From Pseudomonadales bacterium (lineage in GTDB: Bacteria; Pseudomonadota; Gammaproteobacteria; Pseudomonadales; UBA7434): a stretch of DNA of 37,039 nt. This document shows positions 36,921 through 37,039 of the stretch, in pieces (the first letter of the stretch is position 1; each line of letters starts with the position of its first letter). The translations under genes and the position numbers were made by a program. The notes under the pieces were generated by a model. That model was not told where the DNA came from. It saw nothing but the letters and a program-made list of their open reading frames with translations, and searched no databases. The stretch spans positions 1 to 37,039 of the forward strand of contig JBATGO010000023.1 in NCBI GenBank assembly GCA_049665845.1, given 5' to 3'.

Positions 36921-37039
36921 ATGACCGATGCCAAGGTGCCGACCAGTAGCAAAAATAATAGCAACTCAGCGTCTGACAGCGACGCCAATAACCCACGCTA
37001 TGTCAGTCGCCTGACCAGGGATGCGATGGCGCTGGTACT
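36921..37039 (+). CDS. glgC: Glucose-1-phosphate adenylyltransferase GlgC, 3' partial (first 39 codons only)
   Basis: ATG 36921 follows GAGGG. MTDAKVPTSS...RYVSRLTRDAMALV runs off the window edge. The ...LTRDAMALV segment is the stretch that normally precedes LAGGRGSRL in GlgC. The call rests on a short fragment plus genomic context. Confidence 0.6.
   Translation, partial: MTDAKVPTSSKNNSNSASDSDANNPRYVSRLTRDAMALV

Overview
The window looks like an ordinary chromosomal core region of a GC-rich (about 60% by eye) gammaproteobacterium. I see no rRNA, tRNA, CRISPR array, transposase, integrase, phage gene or recognisable defence gene.

Gene content, left to right:
- hemX (5' partial) and hemY, convergent with queG.
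- The classic enterobacterial/pseudomonad block nnr(yjeF)-tsaE(yjeE)-amiB-mutL-miaA-hfq-hflX-hflK-hflC-DUF2065(yjeT)-hisZ-purA, with several stop/start overlaps.
- A polytopic membrane protein ending in a PAS-like domain with no output domain.
- The stress/starvation operon prkA(yeaG)-yeaH-spoVR(ycgB) on the minus strand.
- A 650-bp AT-richer non-coding region.
- A two-gene acyl-CoA dehydrogenase plus nitronate-monooxygenase-family operon.
- mtfA on the minus strand, divergent from a glycogen cluster malQ-glgB-glgX-glgP-glgC (glgC is 3' partial).

I cannot support a convincing new multi-gene system from sequence alone. The best leads are:
- the output-less membrane-PAS protein abutting the mechanistically unresolved PrkA/YeaH/SpoVR module;
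- tandem 14-bp repeats and palindromes in the long prkA upstream region;
- a five-copy array of ~23-bp palindrome-containing repeats after the hflC terminator;
- a triple 17-bp repeat that copies the DUF2065 start-codon context twice out of frame;
- a low-complexity insertion in TsaE;
- a non-canonical glycogen gene order.

All domain calls come from reading the translations, not from database searches.
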